Positions 1-14,070 of a stretch of DNA of 64,000 bases are shown piece by piece. How positions within the stretch are numbered: the first letter of the stretch is position 1; the number at the start of each line of letters is the position of its first letter. Below the pieces are notes generated by a model. It was not told the DNA's origin and did no database searches. It worked only from the letters and a program-made list of their open reading frames with translations. The position numbers and the translations under genes were made by a program. Origin of the DNA: the human T2T-CHM13v2.0 reference genome, Homo sapiens; assembly GCF_009914755.1 (NCBI RefSeq), contig NC_060935.1; one strand, given 5' to 3'.

Positions 1-946
1 GAAGTGAATAAGACCACCCAACAACAAAGTATTTTCAGTATTGGTTGGTAAAGAGGCCCAGTATCTCAGTTCAGTTCAGTTCAACAAACTCTCAGAGGTA
101 GCAGGCACTGTGGATAAAAAGATGGAAGGACCCAGGATATTCACCCAGAGTGCACAGTCCTTTGAGGGAGAGGGACACATGAACATTAACTTACGATTCA
201 GGATGTGACAAGATAGTAACGTGCAGAGAGTGCCATGGAGGAGCAGAAAGGGCACCTTAACCTATCCTAAAGGTGCCAGGTAAGATGTCCTGGAGGAAGC
301 ATTAGGTGAAGTGACTCTTCTCCACATCTGAGGGTTACTGCCAGCAGCCTGTGAAGCCCCAGTAGCTGTAACACTCCGGCCTCTTGGCTCCTGATTCACT
401 GTGCCAGACGTGTGCTGGGTCCTGATCCTCCCCGTTCTCCCAGGGAGTGCCTGCTGGCAGGGAGCAGTGCTCTGCTATTCCACGCGGTAAGTCTCATCAA
501 GCAGGCCCTCCTAGATGCCTATGACTGGGTAAATAAGTCTGCCTAATTGGGGACTTCACTTGCCAAGCTCCATCTTCCACCTTAGTCCTTTTTTAAAATG
601 AAGAACAGCGAAGTTTCTTAATTCATTTGGAATTCAGGTGGGAAAAAGAAATGCTCTACATTGGGCTCCCTTCAAAACTTCAAGAAAGGATAGTATCCAA
701 GCTGGGCCAGAAAGGGTGAAGAGAATGCATCAGATGATGATGAGATTCCCATAAAGGAAGTGGTCCTGGGAATGCTGACAGGGCTGAGAAATATTTAGTT
801 CCACCCTGCCTTCTTGCTGATCACATTCCTTGAAATGGTCCTTTAAAGCAGGGTCAGGTTTTCTATGATGAGACCTTGTACATTTCTCTGAGCCCTATTT
901 TCCTCTAAACAATACTACCCACCTCATGGGCGCTGTAACAATTCAA

Positions 947-950
<4 letters not shown>

Positions 951-998
<48 letters not shown>
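951..998. repeat. (AT)24 microsatellite
   Basis: Uninterrupted ATAT run. Confidence 0.97.
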
Positions 999-1001
<3 letters not shown>

Positions 1002-1468
1002 GAAAGTCTCTGGCTACCTAGAACACCCTGGTCCAATGTTTAGCTGTTATTCTCCAGGTTGCAAAGGACAGTGCTTTGTTTCTACTAAGTTGCTCAGTGA
1101 TGAATGCTTACTGGAAGCCTAGTCACTTCTTCAGAGCAAGGGAAAGAGAAAGAACTGTCCCTGCCCCGCCCCTCCTGCTCTCCTTGAATGTGTACATTCC
1201 AGAAGCAAAGGCCCAACAAGCTAACTCATGGTCTAAACATTTCTAGCTATGCTGCTGGGCAAAATGATTACAGCCTGAATAATGGCTGTCGCCTGATGTG
1301 TGTCTGGGACGTAACTGCAATGTGGCCTCTGTGGATTGGGAACCATCAAGTATTACAAGAGGAAACATAAAAGAAAACACAGCACATAAACAAGCTCCCA
1401 GGATCACTGACATAACAAGCTTCTTTACTTCACTACGTAAAACCCACAGAGGAAAAGTGTTGTGCTGA

Positions 1469-1482
1469 CCGCCCCCCACTGG
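1469..1482 (-). promoter_or_regulatory. Candidate CTCF core motif
   Basis: Minus strand reads CCAGTGGGGGGCGG, one mismatch to CCASYAGRKGGCRS; lies in a GC-richer unique block that also has a GC box (GCCCCGCCCC, ~1163-1172). Confidence 0.4.
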
Positions 1483-4400
1483 TTCCTATTTCCAGCTCAT
1501 GGAAGAATTGGCCCTCTGCCTGTCTGCAGACAGGAAATGCTCCTGGTTTGCTAACATGCTTCGCCTCCGTAACCCAGGGCTTCCATCTGTCCACATGGTC
1601 AGACTCTCTCCCCCAACCACACAGAGGAGCCTGTTTTCTTCTGACCCCTTCTGCTCTCATCTTCTCCTCAACCCCCTGCAAGGACTGGAGATGGCTCATG
1701 CTGGCCCTGTGCCCAGGCAGCCTCCTCCTCCTCCTCCGCCCCTCACACACCAGAGGTTCATGAAATTAGTCACTTGGACTTTCCATGGTTTCGCTGAAGG
1801 TCACTTGCTTTAACTGTCAGCCAGGGAAGAGGCATCTCTGCGGGGAGTTGCAGGGCTGTGGTCTCCCTCCTTGAGAGGGAGGCTAACTCTCATTGTTGGG
1901 ATGGCTGCCCCTGGATAGCACCCGTTTACTGCCCTCCAACTAGAAGGCAAGAGCTCCCTCCAAGACACTGAGGAGGAAGTCAGTTCCCCAGTGACCACTC
2001 ATGCTTCCATCCTTGACAGGATAAGGCGATTGCCTAAGCCTTTCATGCTTCATTTTTTCCAACTAGAAAAACAAGGATACTTTTCAGATCACAGAGGTAA
2101 TCTGAGGACATATTAACCAATTTCTGAAAGCCACCTTAAGTTTGACCAGAGGAAGTAAAGAATGGTCATGGTTCATCCAGAAGTACTAAGATTAAATAAC
2201 AACAACAACAATTCCATCTGTTTTGTTGGGGAGGAAAAGCAAATTACCAGTGAAAGCAAACCTAGGTCTCTTTATACAATGTTTCATCTCTGAGATGGAA
2301 CTTTAGTATTATGAAGCAATAAAAACAAAACACAGCAGAATCCTAAACTCGATGTTCTTTTGGCCTTGTGTCTCACTTGCAGGGGTGGTGGACTCAGTAA
2401 CTGCAGTGGTTTTAAAGTCCCCAGCCATGTCTCATTCAGGCAGTCAAGGCAGACTCAGAAGGCAAAAGGGTTCAAATTGTTTCCCTGGCAGTGCTGAGAT
2501 GATTCAGCAGAGGAAGGAAGTGCCAGAAAGGCAGACACTACAAGAAGAGATTGATAAACATTCTGTGTTTTGTAGGTTTCTCAATGCTGACATTCGGAGA
2601 ATGCAGTGAAGTTTCAAAACTCCAGTAGTAAAGATGCATGTCAGAATGGGTCAGACCTATGATGCACAAGCTTCCTTTCTAATAGGAAGTGACACCTGGT
2701 AGGAGAAAGGGGCTGTCCTACTTGATGTTCTCATGTCCAAAGTTAAGAGCTTCCTCAAACATCCTGATATAGCATCTTGGAGCTTTGCCTGTGAAATCAC
2801 ATAAAGCATATAAGGCAATGTTTATCATCCTGTGTCTCACCACTGGTGGTCTGTGGAGGAACAGCGAGTGCTACAGTAGGAGAATAATTTTCATTATGGA
2901 ACGTCATGGGACTTTGGCAAAATGCCATCAGCCTTCTGACCCACTTAAATGTTACCTCTCCCCACCACCATTCTTGTCAGTTCACTGGCAAGAATAACAT
3001 GCTCATGGAGTATGCATGAAAATCATTAGAAATAACTGATAAGTATCTCTTATACAAAATTTGACTTTTGCAAGTAAAAGGGTATTTTACTTATCTGTAT
3101 GTATCTATGATCTACCCATTTATCTCTACATCAATATTAGATATATCTAATCCCTACACAGAATATTCAGATGATTGATAGCTAGATATAGATATAGATA
3201 AAGCTTGTACATGTGGGTTCCAAAAGATTTCCATGGCCAGAAAGAATCCAAATAAAAAGGTTGGGAACTATGTATTTGCTGTTTATATTGCCTTTGTGGG
3301 TAAGAACTTCTGTAAACTTGCTACCTGATAATTTAAGATTACATTTTGTTTTCTTTTCCTTTCATTATTTTTACCCTCAAATTACCTTTTCCAAGCTTCA
3401 AGGGGTGGTCTCTAATTCTTATATCCCTTTCCATTTTAATTCAGTTCAAGGAGAATTATCTATTGTGTTTCCAGGGCTGTGGTTTTAGTATTCAAAAGAA
3501 ATATAAATCATATTTCCTGTTCTCAAGGTATTCCAAGTCCTGTGGGGAAGGCAAGGCTAAACAGAAAAAGTGTTTGAGAGAGTATAATTCTTGCTAAAAT
3601 GAATTACATGGATAATAGGTGCTACAAGAGTCCTATACACTCCAAGATTTGGTGAAAAATCATAGTTTATTTACAGATGAAAGAGTCCTAATTCTCATAG
3701 TCTGTTGACACGTGTTGGTTTCCCTAACACAGTGGACCACCCAGTTGTCCTTCTCTAGCTTTGTTTTGTTGGTCCTGGGGTGACCAGGCCCACACATAGA
3801 GATAGGCTCTGCAAGCAATATGCTGCCCAGGTTGACCATCTGCCCCAGTTTCCCTGTGTGGCACAGGGGAAGTCCAGAGTGGCCTTCAAAGGGCAGCTCA
3901 TGAGGAGCTGCAAGGGAGAGTCTGGAACTGGCATGGATCTCTACTCCTAAAGCCTCTGAGAACTTCAAGAGATAGAAAAGCTTTTCCTGAAATCACAGCA
4001 GATTTCTTTTGCCTGGGTGGAGGCTAGAACTGACAAGTCCTAATTTATATATGAAGTCTATTGTTTAATTTCACAGAGGAGCTGTCACCAGGTTCTAGAA
4101 AGAATGGTCAAGACTGAGACTACCATGTGGAGAACTACTAGTCTGGGCATTTGCTGCCTGAAGGCCCCCTAGCTCTTATTAAAATTATTATTTACAACAA
4201 GTATTACCCAAATGCCTGGGTAAAGATAGAGTTTGGTAAGAGGATGTGGATAAGGCTTCATCGTCCCAGACTTACCTTTCAGGAAAGGACATAAAATCTA
4301 CTGTGTTAAGAGAATAAAATCTTTGGGAGAAATGGTAAATGGTAGAGGAGAAAGTGTGAAAATCCCAAAAGGTGTGCCTTTGGGCCCCTCTAACACCGGA

Positions 4401-4748
4401 GTAGAGCCTTCTGTTTCCTATTAACTAGTGGGGAAAGGGCTGCTTCTGTTTCTTATGATACAGATTTGGAAAATATAGATTTGCAAGGAATCCCTGAAGG
4501 GTTAGTGAAGTTAATATGATTTTCATAAAGACAAGTTGTATCAGAACTTTTGTCATAGAAACTTGAGTGGAAAGAACAGCAGAAATATGAAAAAGAGGAG
4601 AAATCAGTGGTCAGTTTTTACTTAGATGGCACAGTCCCTTTTGAAACTTACTGCCAAGCAGTAATCTTTCTAAAATGTAAAGCTTACCAAATGGCTTGCC
4701 ATCCACTGTTGGATGAAGTCTCCACAGCAGTAAGTTCAATGCCTTTAA

Positions 4749-5169
<421 letters not shown>

Positions 5170-5174
5170 TAAAC

Positions 5175-5350
5175 CACTGATTCTTAAACTTCACGGAGAA
5201 TCTGAATCACCTGTAGGGCTAAAGTACAGCTTACGCTGCCAGCCCCGTTTCTCCAGTAGGGCCTGGAAATTTGCATTGCTATTAAGTTCCTAGGTGAGGT
5301 GATACTGATGCTGCTGGTCTGGGAAAAAACTACAATTTAAAAACTCCTAA
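5175..5350. mobile_element. MER5-family (hAT-Charlie) DNA transposon relic
   Basis: GAATCACCTG...ATTTGCATTGCTATTAAGTTCCTAGGTGA...GATGCTGCTGGTCTGGG pattern typical of MER5A; boundaries approximate. Confidence 0.65.
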
Positions 5351-5769
5351 CCCACTGCCTCTACTCTATATACTAGTTCTACTTTATTTAGAGTAATATC
5401 ATATTCCGAATTTATTATAGTTATTAATAGCTGCGTGCTCTGTAGTGTTTATTGCCTTGAATCAGGAAAGAGTATATGTTTTAATAAGTTTTGTATCTCT
5501 CTTGCCTGCCACAGTGCTTTTCCCCTATAGAAAGAGATTAATAAGCACTTGTATGTTAAATCAGCAGGAAACCAGGCAGAAGAGATGTGTCTTGTGAGCC
5601 TACAAAAAGCCCTGGGGTGCTTATGTTTAGATGATCTCACAGAGTTATTTACATCAAGGCACGGGGGAAGAGCCCCTGATCCTTTATTCTTCAATGCACT
5701 CTTCAGGTTGCCTCCTATTTCTTCTCTTCCCTTGGAAGGTATTCTGAATTCTCATTTGAACCTGGCCGA

Positions 5770-6300
5770 CAGAATGGGCTTCCGAATCAGAAAGCTGGAT
5801 TTGAACCCAACTGTGATACTTACAAATTTTATGGCCTTTAGCAAATAGGTTGACCGAAGTCTCAGTTTTCCAATTTTTTTTTTTTTTTGGAGACAGAGTC
5901 TTACTCTGTCGCCCAGGCTGGAGTGCAATGGCATGATCTCGGCTCCCTGTAACCTCCCCTTCCAGGGTTCAAGTGATTCTCCTGCCTCAGCCTCCTGAGT
6001 AGCTGGGATTACAGGCGCCTGCCACTATGTCCAGCTAATTTTTCTATTTTTAGTACATATGGGGTTTTGCCATATTGGCCAGGCTGGTCTCGAACTCCTG
6101 ACCTCAGGTGATCCGCCTGCCTCTGCTTCCCAAAGTGCTGGAATTACAAGCGTGAGCCACTGAGCCCAACCCAGTTTTCTGATTTTTAAAGTAGGGACTA
6201 ACACTCCCCAATTTAAAGATTCGTTTTGAGGATTCAATAAAATAAGGAATAGAATCTATGTAGCCCTGTGCTTGCTACACAGTATGTCCTCTTGCAGTAT
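5770..6300 (+). mobile_element. MIR split by an Alu insertion
   Basis: GCTGGATTTGAACCC...TCTCAGTTTTC before the Alu; TAAAGTAGGGACTAACA...TGAGGATTCAATAA after it. Confidence 0.55.
5874..6171 (-). mobile_element. AluS (Sx/Sz-like)
   Basis: Reverse Alu with CCTCAGGTGATCC; TSD ~CAGTTTTC(CA/TG)ATTTT. Confidence 0.95.
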
Positions 6301-7866
6301 CTATTATTAAGTGCGCACTTGGGTGAGAGCACACAGTGTGGTTTGAACCAGAGTCCCCGCCCTCTGCAAGTGACCCTTGTCGAACACTTTCCTATTAATC
6401 ACTCTGCAGGGTTTGACAAAGAGTTGCAGGATAACTGGAGAGGCACTGCACCTTTCCCTGAATATCAGTGACCTCAATTTCTGCCAGGGGAATAAATCTT
6501 CCATTTTAATATAATATCTCAAGAGTCAATGAAAAGTAGGAATGTCACTGAAGGAAGCCACTAGAAACTGCAGAGCTGAGGAGAGTGGGAAGTGTCCCTG
6601 AGGACCGCTCTCTGAGAAGATGCCTCTGTACTGCAATTAGGAACATTTAGACCCTGAAACGGGAGGAATGTGGTGGGGAAGGCAAGGGAATTAAATTTCC
6701 TCAGCCTCCCCCACACAAATCAATCACAAAGGAAATAGGCATTTGAGGGAAAAGTTCCTTTAGAATGTATTTTTCTATTTGTATGTCTATTACCTCATCT
6801 CATAAATCTCATTCCCTGCTAGTATGACTACTTGAGCAGAACAGCCCGGATCTTTTTCAGTCTCTTAATAGGTTCATTTTTTACCCTGTAAAACGGACAG
6901 AGGAATCTCGGGATCCAGCAGATGGGGAAGTCGCATGTTAAGAGACTGGCAGGGAGGTCACTTGAGATTGAGAATGGGGGATGTGCAGCTGACCCTCCAA
7001 CTGTCTTCCAGATACTGGAATTATTTACTTCCATGCCAAAAGAAGAATGTGAGGCAATAAAAACATGATCTCAGGGTCTATTCTATATCTTATTTAAGAT
7101 TGTTTTGTTTCACGTTCAGCATTCCTATGTCCTGAGTTTACTCCACAACTATAGAGTTCGTATGCGACTCCACCGTTTGCACAGCATCAACATGTCCAGG
7201 AACTTTCCACATTTTACCTTCCAGATATATCTCCCAGTTTGCCTCCTGTCTCCCAAATCATAAGGAACTGGACGATGAGTTTTGGTTTAGGAAATATAAT
7301 CATGGCAATAGATGCCCTTCATTTTGCAGCGGAGGAAAGCTGGATCTTACAACAGGTTGGTGCCAGTACCTGTGGGCTAAAAGCTAGCTCTTCAGGCCCT
7401 CAGCACATTACTCCCTTCTACTATACCATGCAGCCATCATATTCATTTTCAGCTCTTGAAAACATGTTTTAAATTAAGAAGCATTTAAATGCTGAGAAGA
7501 CATCCCAGACCCCAGCCTCTGTCTGGTTAGAGACAGAAGAAAAATAAAGTTAAAGGGCATGTACATAACCTCACACATGGAAGCATTCTCTTAATTTTAC
7601 TTTATCAATCTAACTTTTTTTTTTTTTTTTTTTTCTGCAATGAACATATCCAGTTCTTTACATGCAGAATCAGGTCTGACTTTTTTTTTTTTTTTAATTC
7701 ATAAGAGGCTCATAAAGTCAAGTCCTGGTACCTCGACATGGTACAAAACAAAGCATTTTATTAAAAAGCTAGTTAGTTACTCAGAGATCTTCCAGACCAG
7801 ATCTAGCGATTGCTATGCTCCCGGAATTGTAGTAGGTTTTAGGTATTAGAGGTTAATAAAAAGATA

Positions 7867-8196
<330 letters not shown>

Positions 8197-9267
8197 TCAT
8201 GGAACTTACAGTTGAGCTTAACTACCCTGAACAAGGGGGTCTGAGGAGGGCTCTTTCCTAGGCTGCCCTAGATGCGAAAAGCCTGGAGTCTGGCATAGTT
8301 TGATTAAATGACCATCCTTCCCAATTAGCCATGAAAAACACTGCTTGTGTAGCTATGTCATTATCATTTCCTGCTTGGATTAGTGTAATCCATGATATGC
8401 AGGCCTTCTGTGCTCCAGCATTTCCTCTGGGGATTTGCAACTTTTGCAAAACCCAGCTTTAGAATGTTGGCTGGAGCCAAGACTTCATTACTCACATTAC
8501 TCCTATGCCAAGCAAACTTCACGGGCTTCCTTTACAGTGGAGTGCACACTATAAACGTTCCGTAGTTTAAAGAGATGAACAGAAATCTCTTTCCCAAACC
8601 CGAGACTGTCTCGGCAGTTTAAGTATACACTTCCCTCCCTTCAAGAAAAAGTTGGCAGTTGCCAGCCCCAGACAAGGTATGTGTTCATCTCTCATTCCCT
8701 GTCAAAAAAAAGCTGGATGCTGTAGAAATGATTCAGGCCTTCAGTAGAGTTGATGAGGCTCCTTCCAGTTCTATCAACTCTTCCAGCTTTTCTATTTGTC
8801 TACAGTGGCTATTTCCTGGGAGACTCCCTTAGGTATGTCAACTATCTTATACCCACAATATCATTCTTCCAATCATAAGCTCTTATTATCTTCACAAACA
8901 AAATAACCCTGGAGATCAACCAGAAATATTTCAAATGAGAAAACTGAAGCTGAGAAAGACAAGGTACTTAGACAAGGTCACGGCTAGGATTAGAACCCAA
9001 GTCTCCTAACTGACCTATACAGCTACTCCATCTTCTCCACTAAATAGTTCCTACTCCAGTGACCTGTGACATCTATCTAGTCTCTCTCTACATTTTCAGC
9101 AATGATCATTTTTATCTGTAGGTTGTCCAAACCTTTGGTACTGTTCTGGAAGGGTCCTGAATACCAAATACCACTTCGTATTGATAATATTGCTGAGGTA
9201 ATATCTCAAAATAGATTTTCATTGCCAGAGCAGGCAGAAGCCCATTAAAGGATATTCTATCTTCTGA

Positions 9268-9607
<340 letters not shown>

Positions 9608-9709
9608 AATACTGCGCTTTCACAAATCCAAGCTGCAGGAAACAGATGAAAGAGCATTATATTGCCTTCTGGTTATGGGTCAGTCTATCTCTGTGAATCT
9701 AGTCATAAA

Positions 9710-9850
9710 AGCATAGAAATCAGAGCTGAAAGGGACTTCAGAGATCATCTTGTCAACTCTTTCAGTTTAAAGGTGAAGAAAGCAAGACCCAGAGAATACT
9801 AAAGATTTGCCCAAGGCTACAGAACTAGTTACAAGGAACCTGGGCCTGTC
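9710..9850 (-). mobile_element. MIR fragment
   Basis: GAAGGGACTTCAGAGATCATCT...GCAAGACCCAGAGA...TTGCCCAAGGCTACAGAACTAGT. Confidence 0.55.
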
Positions 9851-10389
9851 CTTTTTTCCCTATCACACAGTGTAGTAACAGAGTCCTATGGCACCTGATA
9901 TACCCAGTGTTTTTTCCATCCCAGTATTTTACCAATAATACTGTTGCTATTTAGGATTCTATAAGAAATTCCCAAGAAAGAAGAACATGCTCTTGATCTT
10001 CTTTTTAGAGTGATACAGATTGTGCCAAAGCCCCAAACTCACCTATTCCATAGCAGGAGGCACAAGCCAACATACAACAAATCCCTGAACACAACACAGA
10101 AAAAAGAAGAAAAACCACCCTATCGTGATCTCAAAGAAAGTAGGGTCAAAGATCTGATGGGCACCGCGGACCATGTACCCTTTGATGTACAATGCTTAAG
10201 ACAGATAGTGTGTCACTTTCATAAGTAAAGCAAGCACAAAAAATGTCAAATTCTGCTTCAAGGGCAATGAGCCTCCCAACAGGACTGATTAGGGGAGAAA
10301 CCCACCCATCCTTTCTATTTTCCTCTTCATTGAACTTGTGCAATATATTTCCATAAATGTCTTAGTGGCCAGAACTTTCAAGGGCAAGA

Positions 10390-11365
10390 ACTTTCCATTA
10401 TATAAATAATAGACAACAATTATAGAAAACTTGGAAAATACAGAATATTATACAGAAGAAAACGAAAGAGATCTATCTACCATCTGTAGATAAATTCTGT
10501 TAATTTTTCAAATATATCTCACCACTGTTTCTTCTAGGCATGCATACGCACAATATTTTTCAGATAAATTGACCTCACATCATTATACATTGCTTTGTAG
10601 TGTGTTTTTTTCCCTACACGTTGCAATTTATTAAGAATATTTTTTTTTGCAAGTGGTTCTTAAACTTTAGTGAGCATCAGAATCACCTTGAAAGGCTTGT
10701 TAAAACACAGAGTGCTGAATCTTAATCCCAGTTTCCGATGTGGTGGCTTTAGGGCAGAGATCCATAATTTGCATTTCTAACAAGTTTTCAGGAGATATCA
10801 TTGATGGTGTTGGTCTGGCAAACACACTTTAAGAACCAAAGTTGTACCTTAACGTAATTTTTTTAATGGCTATATTCTTTTGAGCAGATGTGGCATACAA
10901 CAGACATTAGGGCTTTTCCAATTTTTCAGTTATAAATAATACTGTAATAAATATTTACATTTTACATATCTCTGTTTTTTTAAAAAAATGGCTTTATTGA
11001 GGTATATTTCACATACCATAAAAATCCAATTCGTTGTTTCTTGCACATAAATTCTAAAAAGAAGAATTGCTGGGTGGGTCAAAGATTACGAATATTTTTA
11101 AGGTTTTTGATACATATCGACAAATTGTCCTCTGAGGTTATACATAATTACGCTCTCACAGCAGAGTACCAGAGTCTCATTTTCTGATTTCCTGGGGGCA
11201 ACCCAGGGTATTACAATTTTAAAAACAGCATTACCAATTTTAAAAGAGAAAAACAGTATCACATTGTCGCTTTTATTTGTATTTCTTTGACATCAATTGA
11301 GGTTGAACATTTCCCCCATATATTTATTTGACATTAGTATCTATGATTTTGTAAATTGCTCTGCC
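10390..11365 (-). mobile_element. Old L1M (L1ME-like) 3' fragments, interrupted by MER5A
   Basis: AT-rich degraded L1 3' motifs (AGAATTGCTGGGT...CAAAG, CACATTGT...TTTATTTGTATTTCTTTGA...GAGGTTGAACATTT). Confidence 0.6.
10650..10840. mobile_element. MER5A
   Basis: ~190 bp: GTGGTTCTTAAACTT...GCATCAGAATCACC...GCTTGTTAAAACACAGA...AATTTGCATTTCTAACAAG...CACACTTTAAGAACCA, with terminal inverted repeat remnants. Confidence 0.8.
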
Positions 11366-11504
11366 TTAGGCAGGATATTTGTGCAGGTATCATGCACAGC
11401 ACAAGACCATGAGGACACAGTCATCTTATGGACAGACTAATGGACACAGAGAATATCCTTTGTACAATATCATTTCCCTACAATTCTCATTGAATGCCAG
11501 CATT

Positions 11505-11578
11505 TCTCTCGCTCTCTCTCTCTGTTTCTCTCTCTGCCTGTCTCTTCCTCTCTGTCTCTCTTTCTCTGTCTCTCTCTC

Positions 11579-11658
<80 letters not shown>
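11505..11658. repeat. Compound (CT)n-(CA)n microsatellite
   Basis: Imperfect CT/TCTG tract to 11616, followed by (AC)21. Confidence 0.95.
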
Positions 11659-11660
<2 letters not shown>

Positions 11661-12289
11661 CACATTATGAAGGACTTTCAGGCTGTGGGAAGCCCCAGGG
11701 ATTGCAAAAACATGCTAGACTAAAAACTCCCAACTGAATTGAGTGAGTCAGTTTTCTGCAAATAGCCAACTGAATTTAAAGGATAAGTGTGATCATGTTT
11801 GTTTAGCTAATTTTAAAAGAAAGTGGTTATTTTCGTTAAGTTAAATAGTTTTCTTATTGTTTCCTTATTTTCTTGTTTTCTTATTGTTTCTGCTCTGAGG
11901 GTGTGCAGACTGATAGACGTTCCCCTTGCACAGTGGAAGTTAGAAGAAAGAGGACCCAACCAGACAGCTGTAATTGCTGATGTTTGAAGTTTCCTAACTT
12001 GCTGCCACCGAAGGCTTAAGGTCGAATGTCAATAGCTAAAGCATTGGTGAAGAATTCTGCATTCTGAGGTTCGCTGGCATTCACCCAGATGGGGAAGGGG
12101 ATGTTATGTGTCTGTCACAGGTGAAGGAGGGCTGGTGCCCAAAGCATCCAATACAAAGGTACTGTCTGTTTTAGGTTTCAGCCTATCTAGAACTTTTTAG
12201 AGGAGTTTCATTTTCCTAAAATTCTTCTGAATAAAAACAAGGTGACTCCTCTATTAGACCACCCTGATTTGAAATAACAGCATCTTGTT

Positions 12290-13270
12290 CTGCCCTACTG
12301 ACTGCTCACCCGCTAAAGGCTACTTTTCATGAATACATTCTTAGTCCTCTCTCTTCTCCCTTTATGCACTTTTCCTGAGGGATGTTCTCTGCTCCCATGG
12401 CTTCACCTCCCTCCCTGATGCTGATGATACCAAACACCATGTCCCCATTTGAAAACTTGCTGTTCATTCATCTTAATAAATGCCTGCTGGGAATTTCTCT
12501 TCCCTGGAAGGACTGACAGGTGACTGCAACCTAACCTGTTTAAAACTGAGCTCTTTAACTCTCTCCACCTCATACTTCCCTTTCTTGGAGTCCTTATTTC
12601 AGTTAATGCCATTGCCATTTGTGTTAGAAAATAAAGTCTAATCTGGACACTCGCTGCTCACTTGAATCCTGCCTCTCCTGCCTCAAACAAGTGTCTCTAA
12701 TGGGTCCTCCTTTTCTATTCCTGTTGGCCTGTGCGGTAGCTCAGACCTTCCAAATCTCTTGCTCTTACTCCTTCAATCTTCCTAGCTGGCCTTCCTCCTG
12801 CCAGACTTCCTTCACACTAATCCACTTTATGCCTTCCACACTGGCCCCCAGAGGTGTCTTCCCATTAGAGAAATCTGATAATGTCACTCCCCTGCCTGAG
12901 GAGGCTGCCCAGAGAACTAATCTAAATTCTTTCGCACAGAGCAGAAGATCTTTCACTCTCAGCCTCCTCTTTGTCCCTGCTCCTCACATCAGTCCCATCA
13001 CCCCTCTCCCAGGCACCTTTGCTCCTGTCACATTTAATGTCTTTTGCCAAAACAAATTATTTGTAGCCATTTACTCCTCCAGGCTGTGTGCATGCTTCTC
13101 CCTCTTACTTGTCACAAAATCTCCTCCCGATTCTTCAATACCAGCTGCAATGAATCATCTCATTCATTAATTCACTCATTCAACATATTTATTTTGAGCA
13201 CCTAATATTTGTAAAATACTGTGCTAGAAGAAGCTAAAGAGACAGAAATCCTGTTCTCACTGAGCCATAT
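12290..13270. mobile_element. L2 fragments
   Basis: Pyrimidine-rich degraded L2-like body, then CATTCATTAATTCACTCATTCAACATATTTATTTTGAGCACCTA, an L2 3'-end signature; boundaries approximate. Confidence 0.55.
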
Positions 13271-13479
13271 ATTTTTCTGGAAGCCTTTCTTGACACCGTT
13301 GGCAGTTAATAATTTCCTCCTAATTCTCATAGCATTCTGTTCATACATTATCATAGCAATTAACAAGCATATGTAATGACCTATGTATATGTCTGAAGTC
13401 TGGATTCCTGCTGAGACTGTGAGCTCCTGCGGTTGGGGCTGGGAGGGTTGCTGCAATAACCAAGTCTTATTCCTCTCCA

Positions 13480-13720
13480 GCTTTGAGAAGAGTATATCAT
13501 ATAGTAGTTAAGCTCATGGGTTCTGGAGCTGACTACCTGGGTTCAAACTCTGTGCCATTTACAGGCTCTCTAATCTTGAAAATTTTTCTTAATCTCTCTG
13601 TGCTTTGGTTTGCTCCTCCGTTGAATGAATATAACAGTAGTAACTATAAAGTTGTAAGGATCAAAGGAGTTAATTTATGAAAGCAATCAGTATAGAATAT
13701 GGTAGGTGTTCTACCTTTAT
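13480..13720 (+). mobile_element. MIR
   Basis: ATAGTAGTTAAGCTCATGGGTTCTGGAGCTGACTACCTGGGTTCAAACTC...CTTAATCTCTCTGTGC...GTTGTAAGGATCAAA. Confidence 0.75.
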
Positions 13721-13899
13721 TAATTCCATTATGGTGCCTAGTAATAGAAAGCCTTCAATAAAAGCTGACTGAATTAGTAGATAGATATTATTTAAATGTA
13801 AGATCTATCTATCTACCTATCTAACTCTAGTCAAAGACCATATCATCTCATTCCCAGGAATGAAAATGGTGAGGAGAGATGAAGTCCAGGCAGCCCAGG

Positions 13900-14070
13900 G
13901 CAGTGGCTCTCAGGCTTTAGTGTGCTTTAAAATCTCCTAGGAAACCCATTAAATTTTCATATTTCTGCTCCATTTCTGATTTGGTAATTTTGGAATAGAT
14001 CTCAGAACCTGCATTTCTAATGAGCCCCCTGTGGATGGAGGGTTGTTGGATCACATTTTGAAAAATACTA
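13900..14070. mobile_element. MER5-family relic
   Basis: CAGTGGCTCTCAGGCTTTAGTGTGC...ACCTGCATTTCTAATGAG...TCACATTTTGAAAAATACT. Confidence 0.6.

Noticed and set aside
3640-4230. Possible ancient LTR-like segment (also ~49430-49690)
   Set aside because: I could not match it to a family by eye; needs Dfam.
7608-7710. Two CTRAC + poly(T) tracts resembling branch point and polypyrimidine signals
   Set aside because: The first has no nearby AG and the second has no convincing downstream donor; most likely simple T runs.
11379-11723. ORFs with SLSLS/HTHTH/CVCVC runs (also 23299-23493 and 57531-57781)
   Set aside because: Translations of dinucleotide microsatellites.
12691-13170. 159-aa ORF with signal-peptide-like N-terminus
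   Set aside because: Lies in pyrimidine-rich degraded L2-like sequence; no recognisable homology.
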